Shown here one piece after another: positions 36,951 through 51,199 of a DNA stretch of 60,822 bases. A program made the translations under genes and the position numbers. Every line of letters begins with the position of its first letter. Position 1 is the stretch's first letter. The stretch covers positions 1 through 60,822 of the forward strand of contig CAJVPI010000074.1 of the NCBI GenBank assembly GCA_910592345.1. The letters are read 5' to 3'. The notes beneath the pieces were generated by a model. It was not told where the DNA came from, searched no databases, and saw only the letters and a program-made list of their open reading frames with translations. Origin of the DNA: Paraglomus brasilianum. Lineage: Eukaryota.

Positions 36951-37949
36951 ATAAATATAACAAAGCAAAGAAAGTTGATTAATTGATACCAGCAAATTTA
37001 ATAAAACTGAAGCTAATACATTTGGTTGCCTTCTTCACCATTCCCCTCTTGACATAGATCTTGATCAGTATTCTATGCAATAATGTGGTGAGGCGAATTA
37101 TCTCCTTCGGCTGTAGCTTTACGTACGTATTTAGCAAACACGGCCTCAAACAGATCAAGCCGATTACAATTATCATCAGGCATGAAACTAGCCTCACGTA
37201 GAATGGTTGATTACAATATTCAGCACAAAATTCTAAAGCCTCCCATCAGTGCTGACAATCAGCTTAAGAGCTTTTAGAAAGAGCCTTTGATTCGGCAAAC
37301 GTTGATCTTTTGTTTGAACGGCTTTGACTGGAACAGGAATTACGTGTGTGGTGCAATGGTTTCCATCGGCATACATATATGTAAGTACTCTGCAAACAGT
37401 TGTTGTAGATAGAATAAGAAGAGTGTTTGGGCAGGCTGGGGATCGACGAACAAGTATTTATTGTTAAAATCCCCGTATTCATTTGTCGGAACAGAATGAG
37501 TGCAAACCTATAAAGTGAAAGTAGATAGCATCATTATTAGTATGAAAACGAAAGATCATGGGATAATAATAATAATAATAACGTGTTACAATATTAATAT
37601 TTTTATTAATGTGGAGAACTTTATAAAGAATGGCAGTTTGGTGGCAACTGAATTAAGATTAGTAAATATTCAATATATCAAGCATAATAATAAATAAATA
37701 AATAATAGTAATAAGCAAATATCATCTCGAAAAAATTTTTTGGCCTGTTTCTTAAATATTGTTTAATTCTATTTGTATCCCAGCCTGAAAGTCCTAATAC
37801 CACTTCCTGGGTTTTTTCTTCGAGGTGGTGGTGGTACCATCCGCGTTATATTTTATAATCACATCGGATAAGTTAACTCCTCCTCTTCTATTATTATTGA
37901 TTTGAGATTATGGTTTTTTAAGTAAGTTACGAAGTTTTGTTATGTCGCC

Positions 37950-39950
37950 TTTGATATGCCGAGGGAGGCTATGCGACGTGTCTGCTTTATCATGGATAGC
38001 TCCGGTGAAGTATGTCGTTGACTGTCATTTGACGATGTATTAGTATTAGTATTCGCGGTTGACCACTCCCTCGCTTTTTCATCTCCTCAAGTTGAGCGAA
38101 TTTATAACAAGTCACGTTTCTTGCACGGCGACCAGTGGATACCCGTTTCTCAGTTTTATATACGACTTGCACAAGCAGTTTCTGGAAACGTTGTTTACCA
38201 ACGTCGTAAAATGAAAGAATGTTCTCTATGCCTTTTCTGGCACATCTTCAAATAAACCATATGCCTCAGGATTTGGGTGCCTAAATGCAGATGACAGTTG
38301 CTCAACCAGAGACCAAAGTGCATCTCTGCGTGACTTAGTCCTATTCTGATAATTCTGCTCTGCTACAATACTACCAGTGTATGTGGTAAGCAGCATTGAT
38401 AAATGATCTCTCTCACTTTGAACTGCCTTAATCTTTGACATCACTGTTGCTTGATCTGTGAGATTTCCAGTGATGTTTTGTCTGACAAATGTTACACCTT
38501 TACTTTCAAGTGCTTCATCAAAACCCAAATAATGGCCCTTGCTTGCAAGATTTACTGAACATACTATTTTGATTGTCTTGTACTTGTGCCAGAAAATGTG
38601 CTATAGAAGTTGCATCAGTTGTACAAACATCTCTGATTCCGCAGTACATAAAATCCAAGTGATGCCTTGACTTTGCTGGTCTTTGACTAGTAACGCCTTG
38701 ACTTTACTGGTCTTTGACTAGTGATGCCTTGACTTTGCTGGTCTTTGACTAGTAACGCCTTGACTTTACTGGTCTTTGACTAGTGATGCCTTGACTTTGC
38801 TGGTCTTTGACTAGTAAAGTCAAGGCAACAAAATGCAGCAAGGTTTGCCATTTGCATTTCTTTTCTTATTCCGATTTTGTGACCCACAAATCCCAACAGC
38901 AATCCAGATTAATTCCAAGACATGACATGTGACTTGATAGTCTACAACTTGCTCAAATTTATCCATGAATTTTACACCAAGGACTTTTGCAAGGTTAAAT
39001 ATTCCATATCCTGAAAATGTTTTGATTAATGCACTGCACATGCCTTTTGATGTGTGCCATTGTCCCAATAAAATCTGGACATTTGTGTGTTCTTCCATAT
39101 AAGAAATTAACCTTGCAAAATTGCTTGATCACATGCAATATATAATGGTTCATTGCTACTGACAATATTTTCCATGGCTGGAAAAACATTTTAACTTATT
39201 ACAGAAAAGGCAGATATGGTAATGAATATAGCTATTCTCAGAGTGAGAATAGCAAACCCCAGGTAAATCGTCAGAATTTTTATCTTTGATTGCATTTCCA
39301 TCTATTTCCCATGTCTCTATCAATTGCTTTAATGGTCATAAATCATTTGTGTTGTTGCAGCATTTTAGCCCTTATGCATGCTGTTAAAACTGCGCCGCCT
39401 GACTTTTCTTATTATCTACTTCAAATTCGACATCCATTTCATTCGGCATTAATGGAGAGGATCCAGTACTAAAGTCAGAATTGTCAAAGGCAGTGTCATC
39501 CCAGTTTATGTCCAACAACACCTTGCGCATCGAGAGCGGCATCGTTGAAGAGGATTCGCCAAAATTGTCAAAAGTAGTCTCAGTCTAGTTTATATCCATG
39601 TCGTCGTCCTCATCATTAGCTTTTTCATTTTCGTTCGGCATCGTTGAAGAGGATTCGTCTAAATCGTCAAAGGTTACGTCCCTCCAGTCTATATTCATTT
39701 CATCGTCCTCATTCTCATTCGGCATCATTGAAAGACAATTGTCCTGGATAACCAGCGCAGAGGGATTCCGGTCGGTAACGAGCGATTCCGCTGAGACAAA
39801 GGGGTATCACCTGAAAGAGATAAGGGCCGGAATGGCCGGTGGGGAGACGGTCAGCCTGTGTGCGGGGAATACGTCTGTGAAATTCGCTTCGAAACCCATG
39901 TACGTCTGTTTTTTGAAAACGTTGTGTTGACGAAGTTTTGATCCACGTGC
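37950..39950 (-). mobile_element. Degenerate transposon-like ORF relic (repeat-family protein)
   Basis: Fragmented frames read ILLGQWHTSKGMCSALIKTFSGYGIFNLA..LGVKF..VVDY and GFDEALE..GV.FVRQNITGN..KAVQSERD, plus an acidic N-terminal stretch. The core is visibly CpG-poor. Resemblance to repetitive Glomeromycotina hypothetical/transposase-derived proteins is from memory. Boundaries are approximate. Confidence 0.55.
38659..38826. repeat. 31-bp tandem array x5 (A-B-A-B-A) followed by a 13-bp inverted copy
   Basis: A = GTGATGCCTTGACTTTGCTGGTCTTTGACTA and B = GTAACGCCTTGACTTTACTGGTCTTTGACTA. The array is followed by GTAAAGTCAAGGC, the reverse complement of GCCTTGACTTTAC. Confidence 0.95.
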
Positions 39951-40038
39951 ACGATTGTGATCTGTTCCACTAAAAATTACAAAATTTCACACTTGTCGAT
40001 AATTTAATCAGTTCTTCTCGAGGCGAGAAACAAATATA

Positions 40039-41984
40039 ATGGCGATGCGCAGAACATTACGCCCGATGCTCAATCCGCTATTCACGTCCCATGCATCTAC
40101 GCTCCTCACTACACGACGCGCCTCCTTATTGGTACCCCTTGTATGGTTGCTCATTTCTCCTTGAGCTACGCAATAGTCCTCACACCCTTGCCTACTCTAC
40201 TCTAGTCACCGTTTCGTCCAACTATTGATCAGAAATCATACTATCAATATGGACCAGGACAGAGTGGAGATCAGCTATTACTAGGAGAGCTCCGATCCCA
40301 GACAAGACTACCTCGTAACACGGTACGCCCGTGAGAGAGAAAATCATTTTAGTGTGGGGGAGTTAGGCATTGACGTTTGATGCACTCAACATTTTTGGAT
40401 CTACTTATAGTTTATAAACTTTGTACCTCAACAAGAAGCGTGGATAGTCGAGCGATTTGGGAAGGTACCAAGTTCACAACTTGTCAATGATCCGTCTTAT
40501 TGTATCTGCCTATACGCATAATTTACCACGATTTTAGTTTGATCGTCTTCTAGAACCAGGCCTTGCGATAGTCATACCAATTGTGGAGAAAATCAAGTAT
40601 GTTAAAAGTTTGAAGGAGATTTGCATGAATATTCCTGCCCAGAGTGCAATTACACAAGGTTGTCCCACAAGCATATTTTCTAGTGATGAGATTACAATTA
40701 AGAATGGCTGTGGGTTGATGATCGATTTTTCGTGTAGATAACGTGGCTCTTGAACTAGACGGCGTTTTGTACATTAAAGTGGTCGATCCATACAAGGTTA
40801 GATGAGTTATTTGCTGGATCAATCGCGTCTCTATCTTATCGTTAACTTAACTGAAGCACATTATGCTCTATTTATTGAATAGGCTTCTTATGGTGTTGAG
40901 GACGCGGAATATGCTGTTGCTCAATTAGCACAGACTACAATGCGAGCAGAGATCGGTCACATGACACTCGATCGGACGCTGGCCGAGCGTTCTACTCTAA
41001 ACGCCAATATTGTTGAAGCAATTAATAGCGCAGCCGATGCTTGGGGAATTCGATGTTTGAGATATGAAATTCGTAAGTCAAGGATTGAACGATAATGATG
41101 CCGTTACCGATTGTTTGGATTATGATTGTAATAATTGATCCTATCTGCTCAATTCATAGGTGATATACATCCGCCAGTGAAAGTAGTAGAGTCTATGCAC
41201 CAACAAGTGTCAGCTGAACGATCGAAGCGAGCATCAATTCTCGAATCCGAAGGTATGTTATAATAATGTCCTATCGAGTCCATCGCTTTTTATGTATACT
41301 AGCAACGGTTTACGAAACATCTAAAAACGATATTTTCAATTTCTTGCAATCTATAGGTACGCGTCAAGGAGCAATAAATGTGGCTGAAGGTACTAAGCAA
41401 TCCGTAATATTAGCCTCTGAAGCAGTTCAGGCAGAGCAAATCAACAAAGCATCGGGTAAGCGTCGAGTAGAATGTGAAAAAGATTTGAAAGTTTAGGATA
41501 ATTTACTAAAATATTTATATTCAATTTGTCGATCCCTTTCTTCTATCCACTGCTCATACACGTCAGGTGAAGCGGAGGCCATGCTACTTCGTGCACAAGC
41601 AACGGCCGAAAGCATACGTCGTATTGCGCGTGCTATCCGCGAGACACCGGGGGGTCCTGACGCAGTTACATTGACTATTGCCGAGAAATACGTCGAAGCG
41701 TTTGGGCAACTAGCCAAAACAGGAAACTCTGTTATCGTTCCTGCTGGTGTTAATGATGCTGGATCTATGATTGCCCAGGTAAACTAGCGAGAGAGAACAC
41801 ATATGTGCGATTTCGGATACCTTTGAGATTGAAACTGTATACTAAATCACATATTTACGCTATTTAGGCATTGTCTATATATCGGTCAGTATCTAGACAA
41901 GGACAGGAGTACGATAATATAGAACAACCCGCACAGTCTCAGATCCAATCCAACGATGAACAATCACTTAAGGATAGACAATGA
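40039..41984 (+). CDS. Stomatin-like protein 2 (SPFH/Band 7), probably mitochondrial, multi-exon
   Basis: Arg-rich presequence-like N-terminus. Motifs FVPQQEAWIVERFGK, QSAITQDNVALELDGVLYIKVVDPYKASYGVED, QTTMRAEIG, WGIRCLRYEIRDIHPP and AERSKRASILESEG. Confidence 0.92.
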
Positions 41985-42263
41985 GATGGCTTATATACCT
42001 TGCAATATTACTAGTGATAGAAAAGGAATTGCGAACAAAAAAAGTAAAAAGTTATAAACAAGTGTAGAAATTCTTTCTCGATTTTTTACCCTCTGCGGAT
42101 ACTCTTCTGGTAATTGAGATTCTTTCGAAGCTCTTATTTTTATCAATTTTTTTCAGTATCTTGTACAATATAAATATCAAAGCCATTCTCTTGTAGATTG
42201 TGCTATTAGTAGCCTCCTGAACTACCTCCTCACTTCCCATCCTACGTCAGAACATTCATGTAT

Positions 42264-43533
42264 CTATACAATATTGGCCAAATAATCTTTAATTTCCTCT
42301 GGTGTCAACTTTTTGAAGACTGGTTCTTCTTTCCCCGGACCAAACCCGAAATTTCCTCCTCCGATTACTCCAATTTCGATCGAGTGTTCATTCATTTCAC
42401 CCTCAAATCCTTCCTTTAGAGTAATAATGGCTGTATGTACTGCATCCTCAAGTTCCATGTCATCGTTATAACTTTTAAATTATTAAGGACATGCAATTTG
42501 CGGTTAGATAAGTATAAATTGATAAAGTCGTGTTAAAAGGTCAGAACAAACTTGATGGTCTTCGGTAACAAATGCGCATTATCAATGTAACTCACCGCTT
42601 TTCAAGAAACGTCTTTGCATTAACCATGTTCTTCCCAATTGCGGATGCCTTCCATGCCCAATATGATCCTGATGGATCCACTTGGTACAACCCAGGACCC
42701 TTCTCATCGTACCCACAGACCAATAACGATACACCAAATGGACGAACACCACTAGAGCAGCAAAAGTATATCAATAAGCATCGAAGACCATGTATCTCAA
42801 AATGTTGCACCTGCTCATCATGTCCTCCTCTCTCATCTAGTTTCACCGATTTGTTATTATTCTCCACGCAATCAACTAATTTCTCCCAAGTCCAAACCAT
42901 ACTCACCCACTCTGTGTAAACTCTTGCATGACACTAGCAACCTCCTTGACCAAAATCCCAGTAGGCGGATACTCATCATAAATTCTTTTGTACTTTTGAG
43001 CAGCCTTGCGTGCTTTGGTGGTGAGCACCCGAAAATCAGGACCCATGCCCGAATAGACCATGCCAATGTTTGGACACACGACAGCCACCTTCTCCAGAGA
43101 ACTATCGTCAATTAGAGAAGAAGCCGATTTTTTCTCTGTTGCGATAACAACGCCATTAGTGGCTAAAATTGACAAACAAAAAGACCGCACAGTTAGATTA
43201 GAGAGAACGACAATGCATTTCGACAGTAGTGAGAAAGAAATGTAACAAGAATGTGTGGTTAATTGAGTATCGTTATCGATTATTACGGAGAAAACAACAT
43301 TTGTTAACCTTTTATCCCTATGCTTGTAACTCCCTGAGCTACTGCCTTGAGGGCATATTCGATCTGGACAAGTTTTCCTGATGGTGAGAAAGTTGTTAAC
43401 GAGAAGCTAATGAATAGATCCAAAATAATAACGTTAGCGCGCTTTGATTACGTACTATATACCGATCATACTAATGTGTGCACAATATTCATCCTGTTCA
43501 AATGGTTGATATATACCTGTATCTGTCAGTCAT
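42264..43533 (-). CDS. PRE8: 20S proteasome subunit alpha-2
   Basis: [101 protein letters not shown]. Confidence 0.97.
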
Positions 43534-44299
43534 GTTCTAATTAAGAGTTATGTGTTAATGATACAGCGAAACGGTTTCTGGATGGGTGATTTGTGGAAAG
43601 ACGATTTTCGATTTTGGATTGCGCACGCTCTTGCGTGGAAGTGCTGTCCTGATTGGTTGGATTTGAAGGATCAGTTTGTGCTACCAAATCAAAAAACGCG
43701 AGTTGTATAATATCATGCTCATCTCTATCTCAGTGACGGTGTCACTAGGATTCAGTAGTAAACATATCAGCCATATTAGATATGCCGGTGTTGATATCTT
43801 TCCAGAATGCAAAAAACGATCTTCTATTGGTCAAGTATATCATAAGTGTTGTTTTGTCACTACTACAAATCCGTTCTTGAAAATGGTGTTAGACAGAATG
43901 TTTTCTCTCTTATCACACAGATAGCAAAAGGAGGTCAAGAGAATGGATATCAAGTAACTGAAGATACAAAAACTAAGGATCTGTCCTTGGATGTTATTCT
44001 TATACAATTAGAAAAGGACAAGAGTGCATTGGATAAGGTTGATGAAGCTTACAATATAGCAATAGAATGGTGTATCCTTTATTGGCACAGCTACGTGGAT
44101 ACGCTAAAGCTGTTTTTTACAATATAGCAATAGATGAGTGTAATAAATAATAAATATATATAATAGTTGATCATTGGATATATTATTTCTTCTTGCTCAA
44201 GGTGTTGTTTCTAAGCATAATGTGCATGATGAGTATCTTGTTTACACCATTAATGTGCACCCATACTGTATCATATATGCTTACCACGAAATATGCAAT

Positions 44300-44443
44300 C
44301 AATTAAATTACGTGCCGACAGAGCTTCACAAAAATGATAATCGCGCTGTCGTGCCGACGGTCACGGGAGAGCGGATAACTATTGACACTTTGGATTTAAC
44401 TGCCTTTCCACGGAGGTGTGGCTACTCCTATTCGCTCAGTTAA
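44300..44443 (+). mobile_element. Integrase-like fragment
   Basis: VPTVTGERITIDTLDLTAFP..GYSY resembles the region around the first catalytic Asp of rve/Ginger-type integrases (ER.xIDxxD). Short and degenerate. Confidence 0.3.
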
Positions 44444-45781
44444 ATATAATAAAAGTTAGTGATCTTCACCGGAGGCTTTTCCTATCTCGGAGTCTAAATA
44501 CTCGTCCGACAGACGCTAATTCTCGATAAACACGTCGCTGATCGATTATAAAATGGCGGGATTAATTCCAATAAATCGTTCCGGGGTTCGACGCGTTGAT
44601 AATCCTTAATAACGTATTTCCTAGTATAAAGAACGATTCGTTTATTATAAGAAAGGAATATTAATTGAACATTAAAGGAATATGAACATATTAAGAACAT
44701 AACATAATGTAACACATAACACTAAGGAACATGATTAATTCTATCGGAAAGTCGTGCTTCTTATATATCTTTTCGAAGTGCCAATTTCTACCAAATTTAC
44801 TACGTGTGCTAACTGCCAGCTACACCAACTAAATCAATACAAGTAAAATTCGTTAAACATTTCTTATTTCATTTTGTAATACATATGCACAAAACTTTAG
44901 TCATTTTGTTAATATGATTATGCTATTGAATGCCTTGGAAATAGTCCTCCAGAACAGCTTACAATATCCATCCGAACCACGTCGTTTTTTCAGGATTGCA
45001 TTATGTGGGATCTATTTCTAACAAATTCCGTCAGGAATATGAATGAGCTATAGCTTTGTTATTATTGACTCGCTCTTATATCGAGCGCAACATTTCTTAT
45101 AATTTTCTTTTATCGAATGTAACTTTCTTATATCGGATATATTTTATTAGTATGCAATTTAGTGTACCGTTTTTGACCTTTTCTGTGTATCATTCACTTT
45201 ATTTGGACTTTGTCTGGTTAGTTGTGATCGATAGCAAAAAAAAAGGGGGGGGTTGTTTTTTATATCTATATAGTAATAGAGAGTTGAACACTCATATGCT
45301 ATTTTTGTTCACTGGAAAGGAAATGCCTTCAGACGCCTTGACTTATACCTTCCCCCGTTTTTGATCTGAATCCATGTGTAGCATCTACGACATTTCGCAG
45401 AAATCGAAACAAAAATATAAGCGTCAAAATCTCACTCACCACTACAAACTTTTTTATGGACATAAATTCTGCTGGAAAGGATTCATGTTCGCATATAGTT
45501 CCCATTCATCTTGATTGTAGTTGCTTGAATCCCCAAGGAAATTTAGTGACTGAAAAAGAAACTAATTCACTGCCAAATCCTTGGAAATCAGAAACAATAT
45601 CACGAATTAAATAAAAATCCAGAAAACGTTTGTCCATTAATGTTAAATATGTGTTTACTTTCCACTCTATAAACATAGCTTTTACTTCATTTCTCAATGT
45701 AAGTAGACCCGTCACTGACTAAGCATGTTACATTAATACGAATGAATAAATTTGTATGCACAATACTCTATCGTCACAGAA

Positions 45782-46259
45782 TTATATGAAATCTATTTTA
45801 CTGTCGTCAAATGTTGTCTGCCGCATAGATTGCATAGTAATAGCCTTCAGTCTTTGCCTTTTTTGACTGTCGATCAAGCATGGTTGACCTGATCGTTTCT
45901 TGGAAGGTTCTCCTGATTCGTAAGCTGCAAGATATCTTGTAATTGTCGTTCGATGACATCCTACAACTTTTGCAATTTCTGTATTATTGTGGCCTGATTT
46001 TTTTGCTGCAATAATGCTTTCCTTTTGTGCAGAAGTTAATTCTTTACCAAGACCCATTGCGCGAAAAATTGAAAACGATAGAAAATTTTAAATCGCGTTT
46101 TTTACGATCCGTAAAAGATTCAATCAAAACAATAAACAACAATCCATTTAAGTAATATATAGGCAAATATGGGTATAAGAATCACATGGGCAGTTCCATA
46201 TTAATAATTTTATTAAATCAGTTAAATTTCGACCCTGCAATACTTTTGATACCCCCCTG
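45782..46259 (-). mobile_element. 5'-end fragment of a Tc1/mariner transposon
   Basis: On the minus strand TA|CAGGGGGGTATCAAAAGTATTGCAGGG is a Tc1-type TIR start. ORF 46057-45782 encodes a paired-like HTH (KELTSAQKESII..EIAKVVGCHRTTITRYL..RSGQP). The DDE domain and second TIR are absent. Confidence 0.8.
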
Positions 46260-46859
46260 TATATTAGGGAATGATCATATAACTTTGTAATCGCTTACAG
46301 TTTCGATCGGTTTATTTCCATCACTGACTTCTTTTCTAATTAATTGTGTTATTGTAGTCATTAACACGCCAGCGCTTGCATTAATATTGCCGCTACTACT
46401 GCCGCTACTACTACTAGTTCCATTTTCTTTATTTGGTTAAATTATATGTAGTAAAAATTAGTACATTAACTATTAATAAATTTATTCATAATCATACTAC
46501 TTACACCGATATGTGTCTTAGAGTTTATTTTACACCTACGATTGAACACTAAAGGTGTACTTGCACTAACAAGGCAAGGAGCGTGTCTTGGTGGAGTGTG
46601 TCTTGATAGGGTGTAAATAGAGCAAGTTTGTTGTTTAAGGTCTGAGGTATAGGACAGTGAAAGTCGATATAACGGACTATTCGGGACCAGCGGTTTAATT
46701 ATTGACGGTCCACTTTCACTACGTATATATATATATACCTTTACAAATAAGGGGCGGTCGGGTCGGATATCACAACTAGAGCTCTAATCACAACAATGTG
46801 TACAGATACTGATTATAATAGCAATATTTACGTTTTCTATTCTAAATTGACTATTGTTA

Positions 46860-47123
46860 CCGTATAGTTCCGAAAATAAACACCCCTTTTCGTGTATTGT
46901 GGTATATATTTATCGATACAGGATTACATAATACGTCACCCTCCAAACAAAACACACTGTCCAAACTGGATGACGATTGGAAATGCTCTGTCCGTAAAGG
47001 GATGAGCGTGGTCTTGAATTAGATTGCGATAGATGATTTGTCCAAGGCGTTGGCCCTCTAAATTGAGCTAGATATATATTTCGAATTTACCATATCATTG
47101 TGCTTATTCACGAGAGAATACGG
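46860..47123. mobile_element. Old MITE with imperfect CCGTAT-starting TIRs
   Basis: TA|CCGTATAGTTCCGAAAATAAACAC ... GTGCTTATTCACGAGAGAATACGG|TA. A near-identical left end recurs at about 47468. Confidence 0.5.
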
Positions 47124-47467
47124 TATTTACGCACGCTCTTTCTATTTCTAGATTAATAGACTTATCTTTTAAACGTTGGCCAAGCCACTCCTCTATTTAG
47201 CAATCTTCAGCATTTGTTCAGTGATCAATCAGAGGATATCGATTCCAATCTACCAATGATTCAGATCTATGAGTGTACTCGGAGAAGCTCTCGAGCGGGG
47301 AATTGAACTGAAACCCAGTCTCCTGCGTGACAGGCGAGGATACTAAGTTAACAATAAACAATGAATATCTTTTGTTATGCATGATTACGATAAGACATAT
47401 TAATACAGAAACCATCGTATAATTAGATAACAATAACAGTCTCAATTTAGACTTGAAGACATAATAA

Positions 47468-48600
47468 TACCGTATAGTTCCGAAAATAAGCATCTCCCCA
47501 AAAATTTTACCTCCAAAAATAAGCACCTACAACACAATCCTTCAATTAATTTATTATAAGTTATGATGTCACTAATAAGCACCTCCCGCAAACTTGTGAT
47601 TTGTATTACACGCACGAAATTGTGACTTCCAAAAATAAGCGCCGTCATTGTTTGACAGTGATCGTTGTGGCTGACTCTCGCACTTCTTGCTGCATAAATC
47701 ACGACAATATTTATACGTCATTAACACGCGAATCACGCGTCCACTCATACATATATATACCCTGTCGCTCCTCTGCATGTATCGCTTCACAACAATCTCT
47801 CTCCTCCTCCAAAGCGCAAATTTAATATACAACGAACAAGCCTTTTGCTGCTGCTACTTCATATTACGCACATACGACGGTTTGCCACAACGAAGAACGT
47901 CCATATTACGCACATACGACAGACGAAGAACGCCTTTTGCTGCTACTACATCAAAAAACTATCTGAAGAAATGTATAAGGGCTCTTTTTCCTACAAGGAT
48001 AATCATATATATATCGTTGATGCTCCCAGAAAATGAGCGTACCACCTTGTATATTTTCCCTTCTGATGGTTGAAAATGTAAACCTTAATGTTGCAAGAAT
48101 ATATTTCATCGATGGTCAAACAATCCAGTCGCCCACGCACGAATAATATGCGAAATTGCCAGCTCCCAAAAGTTTCCCGAGTGATCATAAATGGTCGTCC
48201 ACGTCATCCCCAATCACAAGGGCTGTTCCAACGGTTTGCCACAACGAAGAACGTCCATATTACGCACATACGACGGTTTCACAATGAGGAAGCCTTTTGC
48301 TGCTACTGCATCTGAAGAAATGTATAAGGGCTCTTTTTCCTATAAGAATAATAGTATATCGTTGACGTTAACACCCAGCAGAAAACGGCGATTTAAGGGA
48401 GAGAATTTTATATCTGTATGAAGACTGTGAACGAATTGATATAACAGAATCCGATAAAAACATTAATAGATTCAAAACCGGTTATTACGTTTCAATATAC
48501 GAAGGAGGGGGGACCAACCTACATCTCGCGGTTGAAAATGTAAACCTTAATATTGCACAAATATATTTCTTCGATGGTCAAAGCAATCCAGTCGCTGTTC
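47468..48600 (+). mobile_element. Nested repeat/transposon debris with an integrase core fragment and internal duplications
   Basis: TIR-like start TACCGTATAGTTCCGAAAATAAGCA with AAATAAGC subrepeats. IINGRPRHPQSQG integrase motif at about 48185-48225. Duplicated blocks at about 47840-48020 vs 48230-48365 and 48068-48132 vs 48530-48596. Confidence 0.6.
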
Positions 48601-49566
48601 CGAACGGATATACACTTACAGATATTACACACAATGCTCTTGTGCCGATTATGAATACTGTATATATGGGTTTCAACACTGGTAAATAACTTGGTTTTCA
48701 AGTTACTCTTTACGTCTCCGAATTCCTTGGACTAGACAATCAACAACAGCAGAGTATTTTAACTTCTGGGTCATTTAAAAATGGCATTTATATCTAAGTG
48801 ACCAGAAACGCTCAATTTGCAATCGATCCGTAGGCTATTATCATTACATAAGCTTGAATGACGACACGCGACTGAATACATTGTCGGATACATGATTTTT
48901 TTTTGTCCCGATTTCCAACCCGCATATTTCGACGCTATGGAAACCGTTGCGTAGCTTCGATCCGCACTCTCAATAGGCTATAGTGGAAGATCGCTCTCCA
49001 TTACGTAAAACGCGCATTTGGTATAAGCAGCACGTATCTAATGACGAAACAAATGGAATCGCACAAAACACAATTCATAATGTTGAATAACAAATATCGT
49101 TTTATAAACTTCCGTGCTATCATTGTATAAACCTTAATTGCTTACAACGAACCTTGCTAAAATTAGTAATAAAATAATCGCCGTCATAGCAGTAAAGTCC
49201 TACCTCTTTGTCTCAATCTAAGAAGAATATCTTTGTTATTTACAAACCTATAGTCGTTGCATATCTTTTTATTCAATGTTTGAATCATTAAAGCGTAACT
49301 AATTAAAGTAAATGTTCGAAGTAATACAAAATCTCTTGTTGTAATAAAAACGGTGTTACTCTTGCTTCTTTCTGTTGTCGTGTTTGTCGTTTTTTCTTAA
49401 TCGTTTCAATGGCCTTTGTTATCGTACAAACATTTATCAATCTCCCGAAACTTACTCAAAAGCATCCTGGTGGACACAACAAATTCAAGAATGATATAAA
49501 CGAGATAACAATCAATTAGTTTCTACGGGAATTGTTTTTAAAAGCACAATATGACATGTTAATAAT

Positions 49567-49680
49567 TGTGGGAGCTGATGCTGAAATCCGGCCGAAGCTG
49601 AAACCATGATCTTTCATTGGTTGATCAGATTCTATTCTCTAATCCCATTGGTTAGTTTCAGCTTCAGCCGAGCTCCCACA
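49567..49680. repeat. Short inverted-repeat element (about 114 bp)
   Basis: TGTGGGAGCT / AGCTCCCACA termini, with inner arms GGCCGAAGCTGAAAC / GTTTCAGCTTCAGCC. Confidence 0.6.
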
Positions 49681-51199
49681 TGTATAAGTCGTGGTTGGAT
49701 GATCACTTCTTTGATGCCATCAGTAAAGTCAAAATTTACTGTGACTAAGTACAATTTGCCCAATACTGGTCTGTAGTCTAGTTGTATACAGCACTATTAC
49801 AATGTTTACTTTTAATTACTGTTATTATTATTATGGTCGATTGTATATATTAATATCATGCGGTAAACAATTTCCAAGTTAAATATGCTTAAACGGTTAT
49901 GTTAGGGGTTTGTCCATTTCTGTTTACTAATCTCACGATTGGGGACGTTTGTTTGCAAAGCCATAAAAATTTCCATATTGATATAGACACCGCCCAAGTA
50001 TATATTTAGAGATCATTCAACTCTTCCTAAGACATGCCCGGATTAATCATAATAACAAGGTCAAGTAATACTTTCCAACAGGTTTTTTCGAGTACAAATT
50101 TGACTTGTATAAATTAGTTGCCATATACGGAACTGCAAATAATTAGAATTACTATATCGAGATCACGCCATCGTCAATAGCGATAGTCATAACAAATTCT
50201 AGAATATTGGGCCTGCACATACAATCAGGAAAAAAACAATTATAGCTAATAAAGCTATTTGTTATTATTGCTCCCCACTTCTTTGTCCAAAATCCCTGAA
50301 TGGTGCACGTTTACCTTGTCTCAGAACGCCCCCATTATAATGTGTACAGTGTGATCACAAAAGTGCGTCATTCGTAACTGCTTTGATAAGATTATCAAAA
50401 GCGCCACATCTTGTTTACATCTTGCATGAGAACCTGTCCAGAATCCCAAAAAGAACCTGTATTTACTTGTGACAAATATAGACACAAAAAGCAATATGAC
50501 TGTCACATGTACAGATGTAAACTTGGTAGAATTCTATTGAGTAGTCATCAGATCACAATCAGGTTGTGTTGTGTTGTTTGCTTTGCTTGGGAACAAACGG
50601 TGGAAGTTGGAGCGAGACTGTGATGATGTAGCGTAGTGTTCGGAGATTGCCGATGAAGTTGAGTCCCAACTTGTTGATAATGTAGAAGTCATTAAGCTGA
50701 TCTATCATGAAATGGTTTCTTTTAATAAATATGTTGTTCATATGCAACCAGGTCTATCATTCACATTGTCTGCTTCTTTATGAATAATTACTAAAAAAGT
50801 TGTATTCATATTGCTACTTCTTCACAAATCAAATTCGACAGCTATTAATCCCCGACATAATTCCATTGATGTAGCAAACAACTTGATGTATAATCATCGA
50901 CAGGACCATTGTTCTAAAACCAATTATTGTTGGTACATCTTATCTATTTCAAGCAATAAATTTTTGCCGCATGTTGATACTGAATGGGACGTAACAACCT
51001 CTTTTTGCAAAAAACTGGTAGTATATTGTCCAAAATACAGATCCATTTCCCCCAAGAATGTTGGAAAGGCTTAATTTATTGTAGCTCGCAAAGTGCTAAA
51101 ATTACACAAATTACAAAATAAAAGAATATACAAAGAAATTAATTAATTTTGAAAGTTAATATCGCATATTATAAAGAGTCCATGTTTTGTAATTATCCG

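Noticed and set aside
38659..38813. 31-bp repeats as a CRISPR array
   Set aside because: The units are contiguous with no unique spacers, there are no cas genes, and the context is eukaryotic.
44072..44081. GTATCCTTT U12-type donor-like motif
   Set aside because: It is not within a supported gene and no matching branch site was identified. The introns I reconstructed in the real genes were ordinary GT-AG.
50200..51074. Coding-like degenerate sequence (possible transporter pseudogene)
   Set aside because: Multiple stops and frameshifts, and no motif I can name with confidence.
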